From Candidatus Methanofastidiosum methylothiophilum (GTDB lineage Archaea; Methanobacteriota_B; Thermococci; Methanofastidiosales; Methanofastidiosaceae), in assembly GCA_001587575.1 (NCBI GenBank), contig LNJC01000001.1:47864-111863 (forward strand): a stretch of DNA of 64,000 nt, written 5' to 3'. How positions within the stretch are numbered: position 1 is the first letter of the stretch; each line of letters begins with the position of its first letter. Of the stretch, positions 8,685-17,085 are shown piece by piece. The notes under the pieces were generated by a model, which was not told the origin of the DNA, searched no databases, and saw only the letters and a program-made list of their open reading frames with translations. The position numbers and the translations under genes were made by a program.

Positions 8685-11147
8685 ATGAGAATAAAAATGT
8701 TAGGGGCTGCTTTAACGGGAGCCCTAATGTTAGGAGCAACATTAGCAGGAGCAGCATCAGCCGCAACAGTTCCGCCAAAAAGCTTTTTCATCGATCCACT
8801 TACAGGAGCACCTGATGTCGTCATTGCCGTTGGCGCAACAGCAAATGCATCAGACGTAGTCTCCGCATCACTTATTGCAGCAGCAGTAGGCAACATGGCA
8901 ACCGTAGAAGAAACAAGGACTGTTACAAGAACAGCAAGTGCCACTTTTGACTATATGATGGACTACAACTATACATACGACAGGTCTAGTAAGAATATAG
9001 AATACTACAATTCAACCTGTACTGATACAGCAGCATGGGCAAAGTGGTACACAGACTATGAACTGTTTTCCACACAGTTCTGGGAAACTGCATCAGGCGA
9101 CGGAATTAAAGGAGATAAAGATGTTAAAGACTATGATATTTCAGTTGCAATAGCAATGCCAAAGGAAATAAGAAATCCAGATGGATATGTAGTTGCAAGA
9201 GAATTGAACACACTATGGTTTTCAAACTCTCCAAAAGATTGGGATTCAAACAACAGAATCTACTACCTTAAACCACAATCTGGAGCAGGTACAGGATTAT
9301 ACTATCTTGTAAATACAAAGGTAACAGCAGCTGAAGTAGGAGCAGTATCTCCAACAGCAAACATAGTCAAAACTTTACCTGCATACGCAGGCGGAAGCTA
9401 TGACAATGGAAATGGATCATGGGATTTTAATTACGTTACAGGAGAGTATGCTTTCTTTTCAACAAAAGCTTGGGTAAATGTAACTGATCAAACAACAACC
9501 GCTACCTACGCACCAAAAGCTGACTGTGACTATGTCTTCGGTGGAACAGGTACAGAAATGGAGCCTCATGAGGAAATCCAGATCATTCTCGCAGACATCG
9601 AAACAACACCAGACGGTTTGGTAGATATGAGAGGAGACAGAGGTTCTGCATCTGGTATAATATACAGAACAGCAGAAATCAGATACCCCTTGTTAGAAAA
9701 CGGCCAGAACATCTGTGGAATAAGTAACTGCGACGGTATGGTAGACTTTGAAACTGCAAGAACAGGCAGATTCACACCAATCAAATTCCTCGGTAAGATG
9801 TACCAGCCAATGTTTGCAGGTGCAACATACAACTCTGAAGGGGGATACCTTGGTGCATACTTCACATACGGTAAGCCATACGCTGAGAAAGAAAAAATCA
9901 TGAAGGTAGGAGACTCTTATAACTTCCACGGATGGACTATAAATCTATCCGACGTAAACATCTATGAAAACAAAGCTTTCATAACAGTTTCTGGACCAGA
10001 TCTAGCTTCTCCATTTAGCTTCATAATGGTCATGGACTCTCTTGGCGACTGTGGCCCATGCTGTCCAGACTGTGCAATATACGGTGGGGGAGGAGCATTT
10101 ACATCCAACCCAACAAGAAGAAACGAATACGACCCATACAGAGTCAAAATAACAAAGACAAAGGAAGTAGATGGCAGAACATATAATCTATTTAACTATG
10201 TACCTTTCATGCTCGATGGTATAAAGACATTCGTCGGTGCAGACGGTACATACCTTGCAGAATTCAACATCTACGCAGTTGAAGATTTCGGATGGTTTGA
10301 AGACAAGGGATGCTGTGACCCATTCGTCACAACGCCAAATGACTACGGTCTAGCAATAACTGGCGGATGGAGAAAAGTTGCATACAACGCAACTACACAA
10401 GACGTATCAGGATGGTTCTCTTGGGAAGATGGCATTGCAGCGGGAGACAGAAATGTATCTCAAGCATACATCCTATGGCAACCAGCACCAAGATGCAACA
10501 CACCATGTCCAGATGCAAACTTTGATACATTGGAACTCCAGCTTTGTGATAACATTGACATACCTGATTGTGAAACTGCATTTACCGTCAACGGTCCAGA
10601 GAACTACTTCTCTGTAGTAATACAGGATGTAGACTTTGGAAAGAAAAACAAAACATTGAATTTCGATACAATTGACCTATTGAATGCTCAAACTCCATAT
10701 GATCAACTACTTGGATACTATGAGACTACACCAATAACTCCAGAAACAATATTATTAGGAGTCTATGCAGGCAGAGCAAACAGCGACTCAGCAGACGTAG
10801 ATGGTGCAAAGATAATGATATCTCAGACAACAGTTGACACAGCTCAGTCGATCACTTACACAAAGAGTGTAAACATTGACCCAATTGAGCTAATAAAGCT
10901 TGATATCGAAATCAACACTGCATCACTTCAAAAGAACTTAGTTCTTGTCGGTGGACCAGTATACAACAGCATTGTTAGAGACCTTGGAAATATGGGTGCA
11001 TCAACAGTTAATTGGGCCGCATCACCTGGTGAGTGGGAATGGATAGCAGACCCATTCGGCAGAGGATATGATGTCCTTATAGTAGCCGGTGCCAACAGAG
11101 AAGAAACAAGGCTCGCTGCTCAGCAGTTAGTATCTCAATTGAGATAA
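8685..11147 (+). CDS. S-layer protein, paralog B
   Basis: It has the same architecture as paralog A: a signal peptide (MRIKMLGAALTGALMLGATLAGAASAA) and conserved N- and C-terminal S-layer domains. Internal blocks (for example 9661-9900 and 10011-10330) are nearly nucleotide-identical to gene A. Confidence 0.7.
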   Translation: MRIKMLGAALTGALMLGATLAGAASAATVPPKSFFIDPLTGAPDVVIAVGATANASDVVSASLIAAAVGNMATVEETRTVTRTASATFDYMMDYNYTYDRSSKNIEYYNSTCTDTAAWAKWYTDYELFSTQFWETASGDGIKGDKDVKDYDISVAIAMPKEIRNPDGYVVARELNTLWFSNSPKDWDSNNRIYYLKPQSGAGTGLYYLVNTKVTAAEVGAVSPTANIVKTLPAYAGGSYDNGNGSWDFNYVTGEYAFFSTKAWVNVTDQTTTATYAPKADCDYVFGGTGTEMEPHEEIQIILADIETTPDGLVDMRGDRGSASGIIYRTAEIRYPLLENGQNICGISNCDGMVDFETARTGRFTPIKFLGKMYQPMFAGATYNSEGGYLGAYFTYGKPYAEKEKIMKVGDSYNFHGWTINLSDVNIYENKAFITVSGPDLASPFSFIMVMDSLGDCGPCCPDCAIYGGGGAFTSNPTRRNEYDPYRVKITKTKEVDGRTYNLFNYVPFMLDGIKTFVGADGTYLAEFNIYAVEDFGWFEDKGCCDPFVTTPNDYGLAITGGWRKVAYNATTQDVSGWFSWEDGIAAGDRNVSQAYILWQPAPRCNTPCPDANFDTLELQLCDNIDIPDCETAFTVNGPENYFSVVIQDVDFGKKNKTLNFDTIDLLNAQTPYDQLLGYYETTPITPETILLGVYAGRANSDSADVDGAKIMISQTTVDTAQSITYTKSVNIDPIELIKLDIEINTASLQKNLVLVGGPVYNSIVRDLGNMGASTVNWAASPGEWEWIADPFGRGYDVLIVAGANREETRLAAQQLVSQLR

Positions 11148-11190
11148 ATAAATTAAAAATTTAATTTTTTTATTTATTTTTAAAAAAAAT
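11148..11190. terminator. AT-rich palindromic, T-tract region between convergent genes (S-layer B and eIF5A)
   Basis: The segment ATAAATTAAAAATTTAATTTTTTTATTTATTTTT lies between two convergent stop codons. Confidence 0.35.
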
Positions 11191-11191
11191 T

Positions 11192-11587
11192 TTAACCTTT
11201 TATTCTTGCAATTTTAATTCTACCCATTGTTTCGTGGTATTCAACTTCTTTACCTTCAAGCTCTTCTGCACTAAACTCAGAAGGCAATGGAATTTCAAAA
11301 GTTTCGTAACTTTCCATATCCATAAGCTGGATCTTTTCACCCATCACAGCATTAACAAGACCACTTTTTTTATCTATTATAGGTACAAAGACCTTATCAG
11401 ACGTCGGTTTAACTACAGTCCTTCTCTTATCATCATAGACTCCAAAAGCCTCAATTCTGGCTTTGGCCGATCCATGCTTTCCAGGAGAAGAAGTTTGAAT
11501 CTTAATAATTTTACATGGCTCATCATCGATTAGAATGAATCCACCTTCACGTAAAGTCCTGACCTCAACTTGCTTTTTGTCACCCAT
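11192..11587 (-). CDS. eif5a: Translation initiation factor 5A (aIF5A)
   Basis: A 131-aa protein with the hypusine-site motif [14 protein letters not shown] and the IF5A fold pattern. Confidence 0.85.
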   Translation of the reverse strand: MGDKKQVEVRTLREGGFILIDDEPCKIIKIQTSSPGKHGSAKARIEAFGVYDDKRRTVVKPTSDKVFVPIIDKKSGLVNAVMGEKIQLMDMESYETFEIPLPSEFSAEELEGKEVEYHETMGRIKIARIKG

Positions 11588-11696
11588 GTAATTCCTCCTT
11601 TGAAATAGCTCACAAATCCACTTTTTAAAGCTTTCTTACATTTATTTATAAATCAAATACACAAACTTTAAAAATGGCCTTTTAGTTCTTAGGATA

Positions 11697-12335
11697 GTGA
11701 TAGGCATGAAGAAACAGTTTTTGGCAATTGGAACATTGTTTTTAGTATGCACTATGGCAATGTGTATTAATCAGGCCCAGATACCTGATAAGTTCAAAGA
11801 GGCATACACAAAAATAGAAACGACTCAAAAAGAGATAGAAACTATATATTTAGCATATGAAGAACAGGTCGATAAGCGAGTCGAATATGTTGAAAAACAA
11901 AAAATCAGTGCCAATGTGGATAACAAGTATCTTTTATCGCTTCTAGAATCTGAATCTCTATTAATTGAAGAACTAGCTCAAAAAAGTGCAACATACTCTA
12001 GTCAAATAAATGATCTATTTAACGAATCAAAAGAAATAAAAAATGCCGATGTTAAATCTAAGGCTACCGAATTAATTATCACTCTTAGAAACTCTCAACA
12101 GAATCTTAGTAATGGCGCTTTGAGTCTTAAAGAGGCAACTCAATCAGCAGGCGGAGCAATCTATTACTACGCAACAGGTGCGGACCTAAATGACCCATTA
12201 ATAAAACAAGATATCCAGGCTTTAAATCTAAACTCCAAAACACAATTTGACACTGCAGTAGTGCAACTGAACGCGTATTACAATGGCAAACTAGAAGCAA
12301 GAGCTTTGTACGATGAATTAATTAAAATGAAATAA
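11697..12335 (+). CDS. Secreted or lipoprotein-like coiled-coil hypothetical protein
   Basis: It has an N-terminal signal peptide with Cys residues (FLVCTMAMC), and the remainder is predicted helical. Confidence 0.45.
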   Translation: MIGMKKQFLAIGTLFLVCTMAMCINQAQIPDKFKEAYTKIETTQKEIETIYLAYEEQVDKRVEYVEKQKISANVDNKYLLSLLESESLLIEELAQKSATYSSQINDLFNESKEIKNADVKSKATELIITLRNSQQNLSNGALSLKEATQSAGGAIYYYATGADLNDPLIKQDIQALNLNSKTQFDTAVVQLNAYYNGKLEARALYDELIKMK

Positions 12336-12421
12336 TTTTTTCTATTCTTTTTTCTATAATTTAACCACAATATTTAAATATAAATCTCCTTTGAGACGAA
12401 ATAAAAAGGAGGTTAGAATAA

Positions 12422-14407
12422 ATGGACTTTACTTTAATAGCTATTCTTATAGGAATAGTTGGTATTATCTATGGTCTTTCATTGGCAAAAGTTGTTCTGT
12501 CATACAAAGTCACAGATAAGAACATGCTTAGAATATCTAGTGCAATATACAAAGGTGCCATGGCTTTTCTAAGAAGGGAATACACGACTATAGCCATAAT
12601 TGCAGCAATTCTTGCAGTTGTTTTTGGTATATTCATTAATATTGAGACTACTGTAACGTTTATTGTCGGTGCAGTTTTCAGTGCTCTAGCTGGATTTATA
12701 GGTATGAGCATCTCAACAAGGGCAAACGTTAGAGTCGCTTCAATTGCTAAAGAAGGTGTTGGAAAAGCATTAAGGCTCTCTTTCCAAGGGGGCGCTGTAA
12801 CTGGAATGACAGTTGCAGGTTTGGCACTATTAGGTGTCAGCGGTTTCTATTATCTCTATAGGGATCCTGCCCTAATTATTGGATTTGGATTTGGGGGGTG
12901 CTTGATATCCTTATTTGCAAGAATTGGTGGTGGAATATACACTAAGGCTGCAGACGTAGGAGCTGACCTAATTGGGAAAGTTGAGCAAGGTATACCTGAA
13001 GACGATCCAAGAAATCCTGCAGTTATAGCAGACAATGTTGGCGATAACGTCGGTGATTGTGCTGGTATGGGGGCAGATTTATTTGAAACATATGCAGTTA
13101 CTGCCATAGGCGCAATGCTCTTGGGAGTTGCACTTGGAAGAAACGATATCTATGTCATCTACCCATTGATTCTTGGCGCAATAGGAATAATTGGTTCAAT
13201 TCTAGGATCTTTCTTTGTAAGGGGAAAAGACAACATCATGAAGACTCTGTATAAAGGTGTTATAGCATCAGCAGTAATATCCCTAGTCGGGTTCTACTTT
13301 GTAACAGTAACATACCTTAAGCTTGACATAGCACTGTTCCTAACAACAGTTGTTGGAATAGTAATTGCATTGCTTATGTTCTTTATAACTGAATACTATA
13401 CAGCAAAGCCTTACAGGCCAGTTAGGAGCATAGCACACTCATCTCAATCTGGAGCGGCTGTCAACATTATAACAGGGCTTGCAGTCGGGATGGAGTCAAC
13501 ACTCATGCCGGTATTAGTAATATGTGCTGGAATTTTGATATCCCACTCCCTAGCAGGGTTATATGGAATAGCAATAGCAGCAATGTCAATGATATCACTA
13601 ACAGCAATAGTAGTTGCTCTAGATAGTTACGGACCAATTACAGACAATGCCGGGGGAATTGCAGAGATGGCGCACTTACCAGATAGCATCAGAAAGACAA
13701 CAGACGCTTTAGACTCAGTTGGTAACACAACAAAGGCAGTAACAAAGGCATTTGCCATAGGCTCTGCGGCTTTAGCATCTTTAACCCTATTTGCTGCATA
13801 CGTAGATGAAATTGCAAGATTCTCTTTAGGACAGGAAATAATCTTCAGTCTATCTGATGAAAAGGTTATTGTGGGATTATTCTTAGGTGCATTGATTCCG
13901 TTCCTCTTCTCCTCCCTTTGCATGAGGGCAGTAGGAAAAGCAGCATTTTCGATAGTTGAGGAAGTCAGAAGACAGTTTAGAGAAATTAAGGGAATCATGG
14001 AAGGAAAGACTGAGCCAGACTATGCAAGATGTGTTGATATTGTCACACGTGCATCTCTAAAGGAGCTAGTCCTTCCTGGAATTATTGCGGTATTATCTCC
14101 GCTTCTAGTAGGATTCTTACTTGGAAAGATTGCACTAGGTGGAATGTTAATCGGAAGCATACTATCAGGGTTCCTATTGGCATTGATGCTTGCAACTGGT
14201 GGTGGCGCATGGGACAACGCTAAGAAGTACATTGAAGATGGAAATCTTGGTGGAAAAGGAAGCCCAGCACACGCTGCAGCAGTCGTTGGTGACACAGTAG
14301 GAGATCCATCAAAAGACACAGCAGGGCCTGCAATAAATCCACTGATCAAAGTCATGAATACACTTGCAATCATCTTTGCAGTGCTTTTCGGATCAGGAAT
14401 AATTTAA
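12422..14407 (+). CDS. hppA: Membrane-bound proton-translocating pyrophosphatase (H+-PPase)
   Basis: A 661-aa polytopic membrane protein with the H+-PPase signature motifs [20 protein letters not shown] and [20 protein letters not shown] strong RBS (AAGGAGG) precedes it. Confidence 0.85.
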   Translation: MDFTLIAILIGIVGIIYGLSLAKVVLSYKVTDKNMLRISSAIYKGAMAFLRREYTTIAIIAAILAVVFGIFINIETTVTFIVGAVFSALAGFIGMSISTRANVRVASIAKEGVGKALRLSFQGGAVTGMTVAGLALLGVSGFYYLYRDPALIIGFGFGGCLISLFARIGGGIYTKAADVGADLIGKVEQGIPEDDPRNPAVIADNVGDNVGDCAGMGADLFETYAVTAIGAMLLGVALGRNDIYVIYPLILGAIGIIGSILGSFFVRGKDNIMKTLYKGVIASAVISLVGFYFVTVTYLKLDIALFLTTVVGIVIALLMFFITEYYTAKPYRPVRSIAHSSQSGAAVNIITGLAVGMESTLMPVLVICAGILISHSLAGLYGIAIAAMSMISLTAIVVALDSYGPITDNAGGIAEMAHLPDSIRKTTDALDSVGNTTKAVTKAFAIGSAALASLTLFAAYVDEIARFSLGQEIIFSLSDEKVIVGLFLGALIPFLFSSLCMRAVGKAAFSIVEEVRRQFREIKGIMEGKTEPDYARCVDIVTRASLKELVLPGIIAVLSPLLVGFLLGKIALGGMLIGSILSGFLLALMLATGGGAWDNAKKYIEDGNLGGKGSPAHAAAVVGDTVGDPSKDTAGPAINPLIKVMNTLAIIFAVLFGSGII

Positions 14408-14505
14408 TTTATTTTTTTCTTTTATTTATTTAATATTGTCTTTTTCCCATTATAATGCTCTAATTCAGAATAATGTCCTTTTATATGAACAAACAAATAA
14501 TTGGA

Positions 14506-14715
14506 TTATAATATCTCCCATTTTTTTGGATAATATTTAATGCTAGTTCTAGCTCTAACTTCTCTACACCTATGTCCGTCCATGTCTTTAGTTGTAGTAG
14601 GACTAGAGATAACATCCGCCCTTAAATTTCCAGAATTTCCAAGAACATGTAATAAAATCCACTTCTCGTTCCTAAAATAGTGAACAGGGATTTTTACTTC
14701 TTTCACTTTATTCAA
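14506..14715 (-). CDS. Small hypothetical protein of 69 aa (TTG start), overlapping the upstream 98-aa gene; possibly the toxin-like partner of a two-gene module
   Basis: The ORF overlaps the stop of the 14708-15004 gene by 8 nt and has no recognisable motif. Confidence 0.3.
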   Translation of the reverse strand: MNKVKEVKIPVHYFRNEKWILLHVLGNSGNLRADVISSPTTTKDMDGHRCREVRARTSIKYYPKKWEIL

Positions 14716-15004
14716 TCTCTTTCACCATACCTTCTGTTTCTAGTTCTTCCATAATTTTACTAATTTGAATTAACGGTAAGTTAGATTTAGTATGTAAATC
14801 TATAACATCAATTTCTTTGATATCTTTAGACTTCAATGATTGAATTATGCCTTGAATAATTAATTTTGCCCCCTTGTCCTCTACTATTAGTTCAGAACTC
14901 TTTTTTAATTCTTCTAGTTCCTTTTCCAGTATCTCTATCCTTTGAAGAAGAGATTGTAAGGCTGTAGTTTCAAAATTATTTTTTTGAATTTCTACATAAG
15001 TCAT
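14708..15004 (-). CDS. Small coiled-coil protein with a possible C-terminal winged-helix (putative regulator or antitoxin-like)
   Basis: A 98-aa protein with an N-terminal coiled coil (LLQRIEILEKELEELKK) and a C-terminal segment LHTKSNLPLIQISKIMEELETEGMV that looks like an HTH. Confidence 0.4.
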   Translation of the reverse strand: MTYVEIQKNNFETTALQSLLQRIEILEKELEELKKSSELIVEDKGAKLIIQGIIQSLKSKDIKEIDVIDLHTKSNLPLIQISKIMEELETEGMVKEIE

Positions 15005-15112
15005 AATATAAAATTTAGATTGATTATTTATATACTTTACTTTTATTAACGAGAGTGCTAAATTTAAATTTTAAACAGAATATTTATAAGACAATTTAAT
15101 CTCTTTAGGCTC

Positions 15113-15745
15113 ATGGTGGCCTTGACCTTCTTCGTATATGCATTGACCTCTATATTCGTCATTGTAAATCCAGTAGGTGCAATGTTTACATTCATGTCAC
15201 TAACTGCCGATAAAGATAACAAGGAACGGATAAGGCTTGGCACAAGGTCTGTTTTAATTGGATGCTTACTTGCAGTAATATTTGCTATTAGCGGTGAAAT
15301 AATTTTAAGATTCTTTGGGGTCACTGTTGATAGCTTGAGAGTTGCAGGAGGAATTATTCTATTTAAAGTAGCATTGGACATGGTTTATGCAAAAACTTCA
15401 AGAGAAAGCTTTACTGAAGAAGAAAGAAAAGATGCTAAAGACAGAGATGATATATCAGTCTTTCCGGTGGCAATGCCCCTACTTACTGGGCCTGGAACGA
15501 TTACAACTGTAATTGTGGTAATAAGGTCAGTTCCTACAGTTGAGCTTAAGATGGTCGCAATACTTGCAATTCTTGTAACATTTGCAATCACATTCTTGAT
15601 GTTTAGGTTTTCAACTCCACTTAGTAAAATACTTGGTGTAACAGTGACTCTCGTATTTACCCGTATAATGGGATTACTACTTGGTGCAATAGCAATTAAC
15701 TTCCTTGCAACAGGGATTAAGAATATCTTTCTAGCAATGTTATAA
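15113..15745 (+). CDS. MarC family (UPF0056) integral membrane protein
   Basis: It has a six-TM pattern and the MarC-type N-terminus ALTSIFVIVNPVGAMFTF. Confidence 0.65.
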   Translation: MVALTFFVYALTSIFVIVNPVGAMFTFMSLTADKDNKERIRLGTRSVLIGCLLAVIFAISGEIILRFFGVTVDSLRVAGGIILFKVALDMVYAKTSRESFTEEERKDAKDRDDISVFPVAMPLLTGPGTITTVIVVIRSVPTVELKMVAILAILVTFAITFLMFRFSTPLSKILGVTVTLVFTRIMGLLLGAIAINFLATGIKNIFLAML

Positions 15746-15759
15746 AAAAAGAAAAACAG

Positions 15760-16075
15760 TTTGTCGCCTCACCTATGTTTTGTCTAGAGTATTATCCGAA
15801 TGTTTCGACGTCTCGAAACGGTCTCTCCAAGGTTTCAAGAGAAACATAAAAATGTTTCTTCCAAACTCCTCCAAACTTACGTTTGATTAAGGATTTCGAC
15901 CATACTCGGGAAACTTCCTTTCTCCAGATGCTACAATATATCCGTAATAAGAGTAAACTCCTTCTACGAACAATATCTCAGCGTCTGAAATCAGGAATAT
16001 ACTTCGACATTAACACAAGTGAAGTTTCGACCTGTGGTAATTATAGTAAAAATTTTATAACTACTTAAATTTTAC
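15760..16075. ncRNA. Candidate structured non-coding RNA or regulatory region; class and strand undetermined
   Basis: The 434-bp gap between the MarC gene and the next CDS has no credible ORF, yet its base composition is coding-like rather than that of an AT-rich spacer. It contains hairpins GTTTCGA-CGTC-TCGAAAC (15802-15819) and GAAACAT-AAAA-ATGTTTC (15841-15858). It also contains four copies of (T/C)TTCGAC. Confidence 0.3.
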
Positions 16076-16179
16076 TATTATTGATTATTTAGAATTAGAA
16101 AAAATATTTTTAAAATATGCCCTATCCTAAATCTGTAACGTTGACAGTATTTAATCATTAAGATAAAAAGTAACTATTT

Positions 16180-17085
16180 TTAGAAGTCTCTTATTAGATA
16201 CTCTGCAATACCGTAACCTTTCTTCCCATTCATTTCATATTCAGTTAGAGTTTCATGCATGATCGATTGTTTCTTTCCATCGCCGCTTGTAAATGGCAGC
16301 TTTACATTTTTTATTATCTTTGCCTTGACTTTGTGCACATCGCCTTTTTTGTCAAATAGCTCCATATCAAAAGAATTTGGGCTTCCATCTTGATTGTATT
16401 GGGTATTTATTGTAGCCTTGATTATTGGTAAGTTCTCTCCGCCCAAGTGGACAAAACCTGCATCAACTTCACCTTCAGAAACTGTAAGTTTTGTGACGTT
16501 TAGCGCCACCTCTTCAGAGAACTGGCATGTCAACCATATCCACATCTTTGGCGCATTCCAGTCTCTAACGCCCCACGAGTGGTCCCTTTCTCCCAATCCA
16601 GATATACTGTATTCTTTTTGACCTATCTTTAGTTTACCTACGGCTTTACCAAACTGCTCTAGGTGCTCAGAGGCAACCGATTGCGATATCTTTTCTTTAA
16701 ACCCACTTACACATTCTCTATAATCAAAGATTTTGTTAAGTGATTCAAATTCAAAGTTGAAAGAAACATCAACTGGCTTTTTACTGGAAAAATCAAATAA
16801 ATTTCCGTCAAATGTTAAATTCCATCTTTTCTCTGGCTCTATTTTATTAAAAGTCATGTTTTTTGCTGATAACAAGTCACCATCATATTTGTCGTCTTCT
16901 TTAAGGCCTATGTAAGAGCCATCAGGAAGCATAAAAAAACAGAACATATTTTTTAGAGGTTTATTAGGTTTAAGACCAATTCTCATAAAAGAGCATATGT
17001 CATTTGTCTTGTCATAGAAACTAAAGTAAAAACTCTCGTTCCATTCAACGTTATCCTTCTTTGGATGCACAACATCTGTATCCAT
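16180..17085 (-). CDS. Hypothetical beta-rich protein, possibly CrtC/AttH-like lipocalin-fold hydratase family; translationally coupled to the upstream phosphotransferase
   Basis: A 301-aa protein whose N-terminus (VHPKKDNVEWNESFYFSFYD) and internal motif (GERDHSWGVRDWN) recall the HP..EWWY and DH.W motifs of CrtC/AttH proteins. This is assigned from memory and is unverified. Its start codon overlaps the stop of the 876-aa gene by 1 nt. Confidence 0.5.
   Translation of the reverse strand: MDTDVVHPKKDNVEWNESFYFSFYDKTNDICSFMRIGLKPNKPLKNMFCFFMLPDGSYIGLKEDDKYDGDLLSAKNMTFNKIEPEKRWNLTFDGNLFDFSSKKPVDVSFNFEFESLNKIFDYRECVSGFKEKISQSVASEHLEQFGKAVGKLKIGQKEYSISGLGERDHSWGVRDWNAPKMWIWLTCQFSEEVALNVTKLTVSEGEVDAGFVHLGGENLPIIKATINTQYNQDGSPNSFDMELFDKKGDVHKVKAKIIKNVKLPFTSGDGKKQSIMHETLTEYEMNGKKGYGIAEYLIRDF

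Noticed and set aside
15860-15960. Possible tRNA suggested by GGTCGAAATCC (a T-loop-like sequence) on the minus strand
   Set aside because: No acceptor stem, D-arm or anticodon stem could be folded around it.
15802-16031. Possible CRISPR-like array from the repeated GTTTCGAC
   Set aside because: The repeats are only 7-8 nt long and are irregularly spaced (91, 108 and 23 nt). There is no 24-40-nt repeat unit and there are no cas genes.
15883-16068. 61-aa ORF inside the 434-bp gap
   Set aside because: It has no RBS, and its codon usage is unlike that of neighbouring genes. It sits in a region better explained as ncRNA or regulatory DNA.
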